A stretch of DNA of 64,000 nucleotides from the NCBI GenBank assembly GCA_964561765.1, contig CAZLQI010000006.1, positions 3,297-67,296 of the forward strand. The letters run 5' to 3'. The notes below the pieces were generated by a model, which was given only the letters and a program-made list of their open reading frames with translations, searched no databases and was not told the DNA's origin. Positions 30,376 to 43,044 of this stretch are shown one piece after another (the first letter of the stretch is position 1; the number at the start of each line of letters is the position of its first letter). Source of the DNA: an uncultured Chromatiales bacterium (GTDB lineage Bacteria; Pseudomonadota; Gammaproteobacteria; DATFLL01). A program made the translations under genes and the position numbers.

Positions 30376-31281
30376 ATGAAGGCAACGCAGGACATGTGGG
30401 CGACGATCTGCCGTGATATCAGTGTGGCGAGCACTACCGTGTTCGCGCTCGCCAGCGAGCAGGTGGTGGGTGGTGGGTGCATCAACGAGGCGGTGACGGT
30501 GACCGGGCGCGATGGCCGTGCCTTTTTCGTCAAGCTCAACGTCGGCGGCGGTGAGGCGATGTTCGCGGCCGAGGCCGAGGGGCTGGCTGAGTTGGCGGCG
30601 ACCGGGGCGATACGGGTGCCAGCGCCGGTGTGCCGGGGCGTGGCGGCGGGGCGGGCCTACCTGGTGTTGGAACAATTGCCACTGGACGGGCGGGTTGGCG
30701 ATGCACTCCCGGCGGCGGCGTTGGGTGAACAGCTCGCGGTGTTGCACCACCACACGGCTGACCGGTTTGGCTGGCACCGCGACAATACTATCGGCTCAAC
30801 GCCGCAGATCAACACCCAGGACAGCAACTGGATCGCGTTCTGGCGCGCGCAACGGCTTGGTTTTCAGTTGCAACTTGCCGCGCGCAATGGTCATCGTGGC
30901 AAGTTGCTCGACAAGGGGGAGCGTCTGTTGGCCGATCTGGAACCGCTGTTCAGTGATGTTACGCCAGTGGCCTCGCTGTTACACGGCGATCTCTGGTCGG
31001 GCAATTGGGCGGTGACACGCGCGGGTGAGCCGGTGGTCTTCGACCCGGCGGTTTACTACGGCGACCGTGAGACGGACCTGGCCATGACCGAATTGTTTGG
31101 GGGCTTTGTCGCAGATTTCTATGCTGCCTACCGGGCGGCTTGGCCGCTTGACCCAGGGTATCGTGTGCGCAGAACCTTCTATAATCTGTACCCTATTCTC
31201 AATCATCTGAATCTGTTCGGGGGCAGCTATGGCGCACAGGCCGAGCGCATGATCGATCAGATCCTCAGCGAGCTGCGCTGA
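30376..31281 (+). CDS. Fructosamine/ketosamine-3-kinase family protein (YniA-like)
   Basis: LLHGDLWSGNWAV...FDPAVYYGDRETDLAM...FGGSYG matches the FN3K family. Confidence 0.8.
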   Translation: MKATQDMWATICRDISVASTTVFALASEQVVGGGCINEAVTVTGRDGRAFFVKLNVGGGEAMFAAEAEGLAELAATGAIRVPAPVCRGVAAGRAYLVLEQLPLDGRVGDALPAAALGEQLAVLHHHTADRFGWHRDNTIGSTPQINTQDSNWIAFWRAQRLGFQLQLAARNGHRGKLLDKGERLLADLEPLFSDVTPVASLLHGDLWSGNWAVTRAGEPVVFDPAVYYGDRETDLAMTELFGGFVADFYAAYRAAWPLDPGYRVRRTFYNLYPILNHLNLFGGSYGAQAERMIDQILSELR

Positions 31282-31291
31282 GGCCTTGCGC

Positions 31292-32254
31292 ATGGGTGAC
31301 AGGATTTCTGCATCACACGCCGGGGATTACCGGACGCGTTTTCATGTCGGACTGCTCGCCCCGCGGTACTGGCCGACCTGGCTGGGGGTCGGGGCCTTGT
31401 GGGTGTTGACGCAGTTGCCGCGTGGGCTGCGCCGGGGTCTGGGGGCGTGGGTCGGACACCGGATGGCGCACGGTACTGGCAAGCGCCAGCGCTTTGTGGC
31501 GGTGAATCTAGCGTGGTGCTTCCCGATGCTGTCAGCGGCTGAGCGCAAGGCACTGGCGCAGCGCTATTTTGTCCGCATGGCCCAGACTCTGCTCGATTAT
31601 GGCCTGTTGTGGTGGGCGGGTCGTCGGCGTTTGGACGCAACGATCACCCTGGAGGGACGAGAGCATATCGATACCTGTCGGGCGGTGGGCCAAGCGGTGA
31701 TCCTGCTGACCGGACACGGTGTATCGCTGGATATGGGGGCCCTGGCGATTACCCGGCATTATCCATCGGTGGGGCTGATCAAGCCGATGCGCAATCCGGT
31801 CAGCGAGTGGTTGATGACGCGCGGGCGCACCCGCTTTCGTGGCCGGCTGTTTCTGCGCGAAGCCGGCATCCGGCCCGTTATGCGCGCCCTGCGTGAGGGG
31901 ACGATGTTCTACTACCTGCCCGACGAAGACCTCGGCGCTACCCAGACCAGCTTGTTCGCCCCGTTCTTCGGGGTGCCCACCGCGACGCTGACTGCCCTCG
32001 GGCGCATGGCGCGGATGACCGGGGCGGCCGTCCTGCCGTGCATGACCTATTACTTGCCCGAGAGCGGTCACTATGTGGTGCGCATCCATCCGCCCCTGGC
32101 AGGGTTTCCGGTCGACGATGCGCGGGTCGATGCCAGGCACATGAATGAGGCGCTGGAACGGCTCATTCGCGTCGCCCCGGACCAATATATGTGGTCCATG
32201 CGCCTGTTCCAGACCCGCCCGGCGGGCGAACACTCGCCGTATGAACCGCAGTGA
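31292..32254 (+). CDS. LpxL/LpxM (HtrB)-family lipid A late acyltransferase
   Basis: LLTGHGVSLD (HX4D motif); FYYLPDEDLG; size about 320 aa. Confidence 0.75.
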   Translation: MGDRISASHAGDYRTRFHVGLLAPRYWPTWLGVGALWVLTQLPRGLRRGLGAWVGHRMAHGTGKRQRFVAVNLAWCFPMLSAAERKALAQRYFVRMAQTLLDYGLLWWAGRRRLDATITLEGREHIDTCRAVGQAVILLTGHGVSLDMGALAITRHYPSVGLIKPMRNPVSEWLMTRGRTRFRGRLFLREAGIRPVMRALREGTMFYYLPDEDLGATQTSLFAPFFGVPTATLTALGRMARMTGAAVLPCMTYYLPESGHYVVRIHPPLAGFPVDDARVDARHMNEALERLIRVAPDQYMWSMRLFQTRPAGEHSPYEPQ

Positions 32255-32374
32255 TGCGCAGGCGCCCGGCGTGGTGCGCGAGGGAGCGTCACAGGAGCGG
32301 ACAATTTATGCCTGTTGACTGGCACCCTCCTCCCGGTTTCAAATACATTGTCTGCCAACCGCCGATTTTAAATT

Positions 32375-32788
32375 ATGAACCTTCACATTGAAATCTCCGC
32401 GGGTGAATTGCTCGACAAGCTCACCATCCTTGATATCAAGTCCGAACGCATTGCCGACCCTGACAAACTGGTCAATGTGCGCAAGGAACGCTCCATGTTG
32501 CATGAAATCTGGTGCGCTGCCGACCCCGAGACCCTGCCAGCGGTCGCCGAACAGGCGCGACGCCTGAAGGCCATCAACGAACAGCTGTGGGACATCGAGG
32601 ACGCGATTCGGGCCAAGGAAGCAGCGGGCGCGTTCGATGACGCCTTCATCCAACTGGCGCGTGCGGTCTACATCACCAACGATGAGCGCGCCGCAGTCAA
32701 AAGGGCTGTCAATCTGGCGTTGGGTTCGGATCTGATCGAAGAGAAGTCGTATCAGCCTTATCATGCAGGCGGGCCGGGCGCGTCCTGA
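32375..32788 (+). CDS. Hypothetical small acidic protein, function unknown
   Basis: 137 aa ORF with good coding look; no recognised motif. Confidence 0.45.
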   Translation: MNLHIEISAGELLDKLTILDIKSERIADPDKLVNVRKERSMLHEIWCAADPETLPAVAEQARRLKAINEQLWDIEDAIRAKEAAGAFDDAFIQLARAVYITNDERAAVKRAVNLALGSDLIEEKSYQPYHAGGPGAS

Positions 32789-33159
32789 TTTCGCACCATC
32801 TGCCCGCCGTTTACCCGGTCACGCTGCGGGACCATTTTCCCAATGCCGAATTGACGCTCAGCGTTATCAGCCACTATCAACGCGGCACTCCGGAAGACCG
32901 GGTGGATCGGGTGCATGTCGTGCCCGGTCGCAAGGAAAAATCGAAGGTACGGGCGACACTGGCGGCGTATCGGGACCTGGGTGAGCAGGATGTATTGTTT
33001 GATCTGACGAGTACCGGCGCGATAGCGGTGTGTCAGAAGTCGAGGGGGTTGAGGCCGTAGTCGTGCGCCTGCTATCGGTGTGATGTCTCTTGCATGAGCT
33101 GGCTGGGACGTACCAGCGGTGGTGTCACCGCAAGGGAGGCCAGGGGGGGGCGTTTATCC

Positions 33160-33420
33160 GACTAACTGACAACTTCACGCCACTAATGGGGAGTAATATC
33201 GTATATATTCATATTTTTACACCAAATACACATATAAAGTCACTGATTGAGTTGTTTTATCTCACCATTGCGAGGCTGTCCGTGGGGTAATACGTATAAT
33301 ATTGATTATTTATAATAATGTGGATGATCGATCGATTTATTCTGGAATAAGAGGCCACATTATTGTAAGTGAATGCGTAAAAATACCCACATTGTGGGCT
33401 TTCTGTTAGGAAAGAAGGCG
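33160..33420. other. AT-rich (roughly 30% GC) island with nested inverted repeats and a G9 tract, upstream of the SPFH gene
   Basis: G9 at 33142-33150. 10-nt IR arms aataatgtgg (33314-33323) and ccacattatt (33355-33364) around atcgatcgat. cccaca t tgtggg at 33386-33398. Confidence 0.6.
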
Positions 33421-33536
33421 TTTTGTCTGTCTGCGCTCGGTGGGTCTGTCGAAGCAGGCAGGGCAATGGTCCTTCATCGTGCGCATCGATCACACCTAAT
33501 TACATCAACCATCGCTCATTGCTGAGGAGTTGCATT

Positions 33537-34484
33537 ATGCTGAATCTTGGGTTATCGGGTTTTCAAGGCTTTGTCATCCTGTTGCTGGTACTGGCCGTCG
33601 TACTGCTGATCATGGGCGTCAAATCGGTGCCGCAGGGCATGGAGTATACGGTGGAACGCTTTGGCCGCTACATGAGTACGCTCTCACCGGGGCTGAACAT
33701 CATCGTGCCGGTCATCGATCGCATCGGTGTGAGGCTCAACATGATGGAGACCGTGCTGGACGTGCCTTCGCAGGATGTCATTACCAAGGACAACGCCATG
33801 GTCACGGTCGATGGCGTCATCTTCTTCCAGGTGTTGGATGCCGCCAAGGCGGCCTACGAGGTCAACCAGCTGGAGCGGGCCATCCTCAATCTCGTTATAA
33901 CCAATATCCGCACGGTCATGGGCTCAATGGACCTCGACGAACTGCTCTCACAGCGCGACAAGATCAATATCAAGCTGCTGCACGTGGTCGATGATGCGAC
34001 CACGCCCTGGGGGGTGAAGGTCACGCGTATCGAGATCAAGGACATCACCCCGCCGCGCGACCTGATCGAGTCCATGGGACGTCAGATGAAGGCCGAGCGT
34101 GACAAGCGCGCCTCGATTCTGGTCGCCGAGGGCGCACGGCAGTCAGAAATTCTGCAGGCTGAAGGCAGAAAGCAGGCCGTTATCCTGGATGCCGAGGGTC
34201 GCAGAGAGGCGGCCTTTCGTGAGGCTGAGGCACGTGAGCGCCAGGCCGAGGCCGAGGCACGTGCCACGCAGATGGTCTCACAGGCCATCGAGAAGGGTGA
34301 TGTCAATGCCATCAATTACTTTGTCGCGCTGAAGTATATTGATGCCCTGCAGAATATCGCCATGGCGCCGAACGAAAAACTCGTGTTCATGCCATTGGAT
34401 GCCTCCGGTGTCATCGGTGCCCTGGGAGGGATTGGTGAGTTGGCCAAGCAGGCCATGGCCGGTAATAAAGGGGGTGCGGGGTAA
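33537..34484 (+). CDS. qmcA: SPFH/band-7 (stomatin-like, QmcA-type) membrane protein
   Basis: N-terminal TM, SPFH core (VPQGMEYTVERFGRY...ITKDNAMVTVDGVIFFQV), charged coiled C-terminus; GAGGAG SD 6 nt before ATG 33537. Confidence 0.85.
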   Translation: MLNLGLSGFQGFVILLLVLAVVLLIMGVKSVPQGMEYTVERFGRYMSTLSPGLNIIVPVIDRIGVRLNMMETVLDVPSQDVITKDNAMVTVDGVIFFQVLDAAKAAYEVNQLERAILNLVITNIRTVMGSMDLDELLSQRDKINIKLLHVVDDATTPWGVKVTRIEIKDITPPRDLIESMGRQMKAERDKRASILVAEGARQSEILQAEGRKQAVILDAEGRREAAFREAEARERQAEAEARATQMVSQAIEKGDVNAINYFVALKYIDALQNIAMAPNEKLVFMPLDASGVIGALGGIGELAKQAMAGNKGGAG

Positions 34485-34921
34485 TGAGCCACGTCACCTT
34501 CTGGCACTGGTGGATCGCCGCCCTGGTCCTGTTCGTGCTGGAGGCGCTCGCCCCAGGTGCCATCTTCCTATGGATGGGTGTGGCCGCCGGGGTGAGCGGT
34601 CTGGCACTGTACCTGATCCCGACCATGGGGTGGGACTATCAGGTATTGCTGTTCGCCCTCTTGTCGGTGGCCAGCATTATTGTGTGGCGAGCCTATCTGC
34701 ACCGCCACCCAACGGCCACTGATCGACCCACCCTGAATCGCCGGGGCGAGCAGTATGTCGGGCGGGTGTTCACGCTGGAGGAGCCCATTGTCAATGGCGA
34801 GGGTCAGATCCGCGTCGATGATTCCACCTGGAAGGTCCGGGGACAGGACTGCCCCCGTGGCAGTCGGGTGCGGGTGGTGGGTATCGATGGCGCGGTGCTG
34901 AGCATCAAGCCCGAGCCCTGA
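34484..34921 (+). CDS. NfeD-family membrane protein (YbbJ-like partner of SPFH)
   Basis: Two TM helices then OB-fold C-terminal region; start overlaps the qmcA stop. Confidence 0.8.
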   Translation: MSHVTFWHWWIAALVLFVLEALAPGAIFLWMGVAAGVSGLALYLIPTMGWDYQVLLFALLSVASIIVWRAYLHRHPTATDRPTLNRRGEQYVGRVFTLEEPIVNGEGQIRVDDSTWKVRGQDCPRGSRVRVVGIDGAVLSIKPEP

Positions 34922-35085
34922 ACTGGCAGAGCCCCGGCGACATGGTGCGCAAGGGGACGGTACGCGCACAGGTGTTATACTTTCAAGGTGGGTACGGTGC
35001 CCGGTGGGGCGGATTCACGAACTTGAATTTTACCGACAGTCGCGGGTCTGGCGACGGGTGTTCGTCTCTAACGGCGGGAACGGCC

Positions 35086-35511
35086 ATGGCTGATACACCG
35101 ATCAGGACTATCACACCTCACGAGGCGTGGGATATCATGGAGCACAATCCGCGAGCCCTGCTCATTGATGTGCGCTCGACCATGGAGTTTCTCTTCGTTG
35201 GTCACCCCAAGGGTGCCATTCATGTGCCCTGGATCGATGCCCCGGAGTGGACGATCAACCCCGAGTTCGTCGCCCAGGTACGCCAGATTATCCTGGGCGG
35301 GGTCGCCTACCACGGCGAGGGGGGTGTCCCTATCATTCTGATCTGCCGCAGTGGTCGCCGTTCCCTGGAGGCCGGAGCCCTGCTCGCAGACGAGGATTTT
35401 ACGGATATCTACAATGTCGAACACGGTTTCGAGGGGACGCTCGACGACACCCATCATCGCAGTTCCCTGGAGGGTTGGCGCAAGGAGGGTCTGCCCTGGG
35501 AGCAGTGTTAG
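35086..35511 (+). CDS. Single-domain rhodanese (sulfurtransferase), Rhd of the Rhd-TusA-DsrE2 type
   Basis: Start MADTPIRTITPHEAW; active-site loop ILICRSGRRS; C-terminal extension. Confidence 0.8.
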   Translation: MADTPIRTITPHEAWDIMEHNPRALLIDVRSTMEFLFVGHPKGAIHVPWIDAPEWTINPEFVAQVRQIILGGVAYHGEGGVPIILICRSGRRSLEAGALLADEDFTDIYNVEHGFEGTLDDTHHRSSLEGWRKEGLPWEQC

Positions 35512-35543
35512 CTTATTTAATTCCTTATTGATTTTCAATACGA

Positions 35544-35562
35544 TAGCCTGATTATCAGGCTA
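35544..35562. promoter_or_regulatory. Perfect 9-1-9 palindrome TAGCCTGAT-T-ATCAGGCTA, about 20 nt upstream of a TTGACA -35 (35580-35585)
   Basis: Read directly; lies in the AT-rich gap before the DsrE2-like gene. Confidence 0.45.
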
Positions 35563-35641
35563 AATTTAAAGTGGCTCACTTGACAAGTCATACGTATGTC
35601 TTACTTTTGAGATATCCCTCCCTCTTGAAGGAGATCATACG

Positions 35642-36106
35642 ATGGACAAGAAACTCGGTATTATTGCCACCAAAGGCACACTCGACTGGGCCTATCCCCC
35701 CTTCATCCTGGCCTCCACGGCCGCTGCCCTCGGTTATGAGGTGCGCATGTTTTGTACCTTTTACGGCCTTGAATTGTTGAAGAAGAAGCTCGATCTCAAG
35801 GTCACCTCGGTAGGCAATCCCGGTATGCCCATGCCGATGCCCATGCCGGTGATGCTACAGGCCCTGCCGGGCATGCAGGGCATGATGACCGTGATGATGA
35901 AAAAGAGGATGAAGGGCAAAGGTGTGGCCAGCATTGAAGAACTGCGCAGTCTGTGTATCGAGGCCGATGTGAAACTACTGGCGTGCCAGATGACGGTGGA
36001 CCTGTTTGATATGCCGCGTGAGGCGTTCATCGATGGGCTGGACTATGTGGGGGCGGCGAGCTTCCTGGAATTTGCTGGCGAATCCGACGTGTGCCTGTTT
36101 ATTTGA
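35642..36106 (+). CDS. DsrE/DsrF-like family protein, DsrE2-type (sulfur relay)
   Basis: 154 aa; GIIATKGTLDWAYPPFILASTAAALGYEVRMFCTFYGL... with conserved Cys; Met/Pro-rich insert (PGMPMPMPMPVML). Confidence 0.65.
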   Translation: MDKKLGIIATKGTLDWAYPPFILASTAAALGYEVRMFCTFYGLELLKKKLDLKVTSVGNPGMPMPMPMPVMLQALPGMQGMMTVMMKKRMKGKGVASIEELRSLCIEADVKLLACQMTVDLFDMPREAFIDGLDYVGAASFLEFAGESDVCLFI

Positions 36107-36234
36107 GGCCGGCTAGAGGGTGCAGCGGCCCCCTCCCAGTGTGGCGTAACCACCGTGATGCGTTCAGGGGGGGGCGGATCTGCGCGTTATCTCCACGGCG
36201 AAGTGGGTAAATGCCGGATGAGCTGCGCCCTCGG

Positions 36235-36288
36235 CGTGTCATGGTTGTCTGCGAGTTCTTCGTGTCATCGCCGTGTCATGCAGTGACA
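36235..36288. promoter_or_regulatory. Three direct CGTGTCAT repeats (36235, 36261, 36272) ending in palindrome TGTCA-TGCAG-TGACA; candidate TetR operator
   Basis: Read directly, about 100 nt upstream of the tetR-family gene. Confidence 0.4.
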
Positions 36289-36394
36289 GGGTGCTGCCCG
36301 ACGCCAAAGGGTTCAGTCGATGCGTGGCCTGGGATACACTGTGGCTGTTAGCGTAAACGGGCCCCTGGGGCGGCAGTGCCGCGGATGAACGCCG

Positions 36395-37003
36395 ATGACC
36401 GAGACTGGCAGAAGACAGACACCGCGTGCCGTGCGCGGGCAGCAATGCCGCCAGCGTATTGTCGAGGCCGCCGATACGCTGTTCTATCAGCGTGGTTATA
36501 ACCAGAGCAGCTTTAGCGAGGTCGCCGAGGCCGCAGCGGTGCCACGGGGCAACTTCTACTACTACTTCAAGAGCAAGGACGCGCTGCTGGGTGCCGTCAT
36601 CGACTACCGAATCGAGGGCATCCGCAGCATGCTTGATGAATGGGAACACACTATTTCTACTCCCCTGGATCGGCTCAAACGCTATGTGCATATCCTGCTC
36701 AATGCCGAGGGCGACATCCTGCGCTACGGCTGTCCGATGGGCTCGCTCAACGTCGAGCTGTCCAAGACCCAGCAGGTGCAGCAATCCCGGGCGCGGGACA
36801 TGTTTGAGGTGTTTCGTGACTTTATCACCCGCCAGTTCCGCACCCTGGCACCCACGCGTATCGATGCGGCAAGGGCCGATGAGTACGCCTTGCACTTACT
36901 GGCGGTGAGCCAGGGCGTGAGTCTTATCACCAACGTCTATATCGACCCCGGATTTCTGCGCCAGGAGGTGCAGCGGCTTTGCGACTGGCTGGACAGCCTC
37001 TAG
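36395..37003 (+). CDS. TetR/AcrR-family transcriptional regulator
   Basis: N-terminal HTH (RIVEAADTLFYQRGYNQSSFSEVAEAAAVPRGNFYYYFKSKDALL). Confidence 0.85.
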   Translation: MTETGRRQTPRAVRGQQCRQRIVEAADTLFYQRGYNQSSFSEVAEAAAVPRGNFYYYFKSKDALLGAVIDYRIEGIRSMLDEWEHTISTPLDRLKRYVHILLNAEGDILRYGCPMGSLNVELSKTQQVQQSRARDMFEVFRDFITRQFRTLAPTRIDAARADEYALHLLAVSQGVSLITNVYIDPGFLRQEVQRLCDWLDSL

Positions 37004-37150
37004 ACGAGGTCAGTGTGCAGGTTACGTGTGGCACAGGAAAAGGTCCGTCCTCCGCGCGAGCACGGCGTGGTACACTTGGCACCCAGGCCGGCTTGGTCTG
37101 TGCATCCATTTTCCTCACACATCCCGACAACTTCCGGTACAGAAACCACG

Positions 37151-40837
<3,687 letters not shown>

Positions 40838-40917
40838 GGACAACACGGCGCAGTGTCCGTATTGTCCCCGACATGAACACTCACTGAGGGCGTGATTGCT
40901 GCTGCCCGGGAGGCGTT

Positions 40918-41280
40918 GTGAACAAACTTGTTTTCATCCTGGTATTTTCAAGCATGCTCGTGCTGACGGGGTGTGCCTCGCGCCGCTCGGGGGTGATCAT
41001 TGATCCGGCGGGTGTCAATATGGCTCGGTATCAGCAGGACCTGGCGCAATGTCAGCAGATCGCGCGACAGGTCGGGCAAAAAGCCGGGGCCGGTGCGCTG
41101 GGTGGGGCCATCATGGGTGGTCTGGTCGGGGCCGTGGTAGGCAATAGGCGTACGGTAGAAAGGGCTGCCGGCGCGGGTGCGGTCATAGGCGGTGCCAGGG
41201 GGCTCGGGGCGACACACCGTGAGCGGCAGAAGGTGATTAAGAACTGTCTGCGCCAACGCGGTTATGCGGTTCTGAACTGA
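40918..41280 (+). CDS. Glycine-zipper (YMGG/SlyB-like) lipoprotein
   Basis: Lipobox LVLTGC; GAGALGGAIMGGLVGAVVGN glycine zipper. Confidence 0.6.
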   Translation: MNKLVFILVFSSMLVLTGCASRRSGVIIDPAGVNMARYQQDLAQCQQIARQVGQKAGAGALGGAIMGGLVGAVVGNRRTVERAAGAGAVIGGARGLGATHRERQKVIKNCLRQRGYAVLN

Positions 41281-41363
41281 ACCTGATCACCCGGTTGCAT
41301 ACACTATCGAAGCGGATACACTGTGTCGGTGATTTACCGTTAATCCAGCAGTAGGGTTGTTGC

Positions 41364-41759
41364 ATGGCGTCGCTTATACAGTTGAAAGATGGAGGGGCGG
41401 GCATACGGCTGGCGATCGAGAAGACCGAAGTCCGGATAGGTCGTGAACCTGATAACGATATCTGTATCGACGATGAACTGGTCAGCAAGGTCCATGCCCT
41501 GATTCAGAAGATCGATAGTCCCGATGGCGATGGGCAGATTGCCTATTACCTGCAGGATCTCGACAGCACCAATTGCACCTATGTCAATGATGCCGCGGTA
41601 GCGCTATATCGACTCAAGAATGATGATGTCATCCGCATCGGTCGGCATTACTTTCGTTTTGTCGACGAACTGCAAGCCAATCTGGACGATACCATCAAAC
41701 TGCATAAGTCCTGGATCCCAGGCGTTTATTATACTAAAAGTAAAAAGAAGACCCGCTAG
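41364..41759 (+). CDS. Standalone FHA-domain protein
   Basis: VRIGREPDNDICIDDELVSKVHALIQ...YYLQDLDSTNCTYVNDAAV...DDVIRIGRHYFRF. Confidence 0.8.
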   Translation: MASLIQLKDGGAGIRLAIEKTEVRIGREPDNDICIDDELVSKVHALIQKIDSPDGDGQIAYYLQDLDSTNCTYVNDAAVALYRLKNDDVIRIGRHYFRFVDELQANLDDTIKLHKSWIPGVYYTKSKKKTR

Positions 41760-41859
41760 ACAACCAGCGGCACCGTGCCGTTAAGGCATGCAGCTTGGAT
41801 TCTGTGTGTCTGTCGCCGTGGTGTCGTATGTACCTATTTGCATGCGTATCGAGAAAATT

Positions 41860-42261
41860 ATGAGTGACGACAAAAAGACGTTGGCCCGAGACAAGCTTGA
41901 CCAGACGGTAGCTCGGGCCAGACAAAACCGCGAGGCCCGTGAGCTTGGGTATCGTGAACAGGCATTGAAGCTTTATCCCTGGATATGTGGGCGTTGTGCA
42001 CGTGAGTTCAATCGCAAAAATCTCCATGAATTGACCGTGCACCACCGCGACCACAATCACGATAACAATCCATCCGATGGCAGCAACTGGGAATTGTTAT
42101 GTCTGTATTGCCATGACAATGAGCATGCACGTTATGTCGATCAAGGTGGTGCGATCGACGCACCGGGTGCAATGGAAAGTGAAGCGGCCACCCATAAACC
42201 ATTCGCCGCGCTGGAGGCCTTGTTGAAAGGCCGCACGGAGGGTGATGACAGCGGGCGGTGA
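41860..42261 (+). CDS. yajD: HNH nuclease family protein YajD
   Basis: GYREQALKLYPWICGRCAREFNRKNLHELTVHHRDHNHDNNPSDGSNWELLCLYCHDNEH closely parallels E. coli YajD. Confidence 0.8.
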   Translation: MSDDKKTLARDKLDQTVARARQNREARELGYREQALKLYPWICGRCAREFNRKNLHELTVHHRDHNHDNNPSDGSNWELLCLYCHDNEHARYVDQGGAIDAPGAMESEAATHKPFAALEALLKGRTEGDDSGR

Positions 42262-42367
42262 GTGGTTTTGTGCCTGGCCCTCGGATGTACCGTGGCAGGC
42301 GTGAAGACACAATATACACATAAAATGAAAGTGAATGATACCGTATCGGCAGGGAGTGAAATTCACC

Positions 42368-42397
42368 TTGAAGTAGACTATCGGGTAGACATGAATA
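42368..42397 (+). promoter_or_regulatory. Sigma70-like promoter TTGAAG-18-TATAAT, flanked by three AGTGAA(T/A)T motifs (42330, 42356 palindromic gtgaa a ttcac, 42447)
   Basis: Read directly upstream of the rhodanese at 42456. Confidence 0.35.
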
Positions 42398-42455
42398 TTA
42401 GTATAATCTAATACACCAAACAGCTATCTCAGTGACTATCGAAGAGAGTGAATTT

Positions 42456-42794
42456 ATGTCTGTAGCGATTAAAGAAATAATGCCCAACGAATTGTATGCG
42501 CTGAAGAAAGCGCAGCCCGGTGCCCTGCGGGTGATCGATGTCCGTGAGTTTTCGGAAATGGCAAGTGGTGTCATCCCGGGTGCGGAACCGATGCCATTGG
42601 CGACTGTGCCACTGCGATTGAGTGAGCTGGCCCAGGACGAGCAGTTGGTGTTTGTCTGTCGCAGCGGTGCGCGCTCTGCGCAGGCCTGTGTGTTTTTGCA
42701 ACAACGTGGTTATGAGCAGGTATACAACCTGAGTGGTGGCATCATGGGTTGGGTTTCATCGGGGTTGCCCCGCGTGCAGTCCAGGGCGATCTAG
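42456..42794 (+). CDS. Single-domain rhodanese (GlpE-like)
   Basis: LVFVCRSGARSAQA active-site loop; 112 aa. Confidence 0.8.
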   Translation: MSVAIKEIMPNELYALKKAQPGALRVIDVREFSEMASGVIPGAEPMPLATVPLRLSELAQDEQLVFVCRSGARSAQACVFLQQRGYEQVYNLSGGIMGWVSSGLPRVQSRAI

Positions 42795-43044
42795 CGCGGT
42801 TGCCTGCCGGATGGGGGCAACCGGCTGGTGAGACATGCCAGGGTGTCGGCGTTGCGATCGATTGGGTTTCCTCAGGGTGTTTATATTATCTAAGTGGTGG
42901 AAATCCGACGCATTGGTGACTGGCGAGGTGACTGGCGATGTTGTAAGGTAAAAATAGACCCCGCCGGAGGGTGCAGGTGGGCAGGACACACCGGGCATGC
43001 GGTGTCGGCATGGACAGACAGAATCTACACAGGATGTCCTGGCG

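Noticed and set aside
36239-36895. 218-aa minus-strand ORF
   Set aside because: Antisense to the TetR gene, which has a clear HTH.
37004-37150. Cobalamin or SAM riboswitch in the metH leader
   Set aside because: No conserved B12-box or SAM-I/II elements recognisable by eye; the leader is short and GC-rich.
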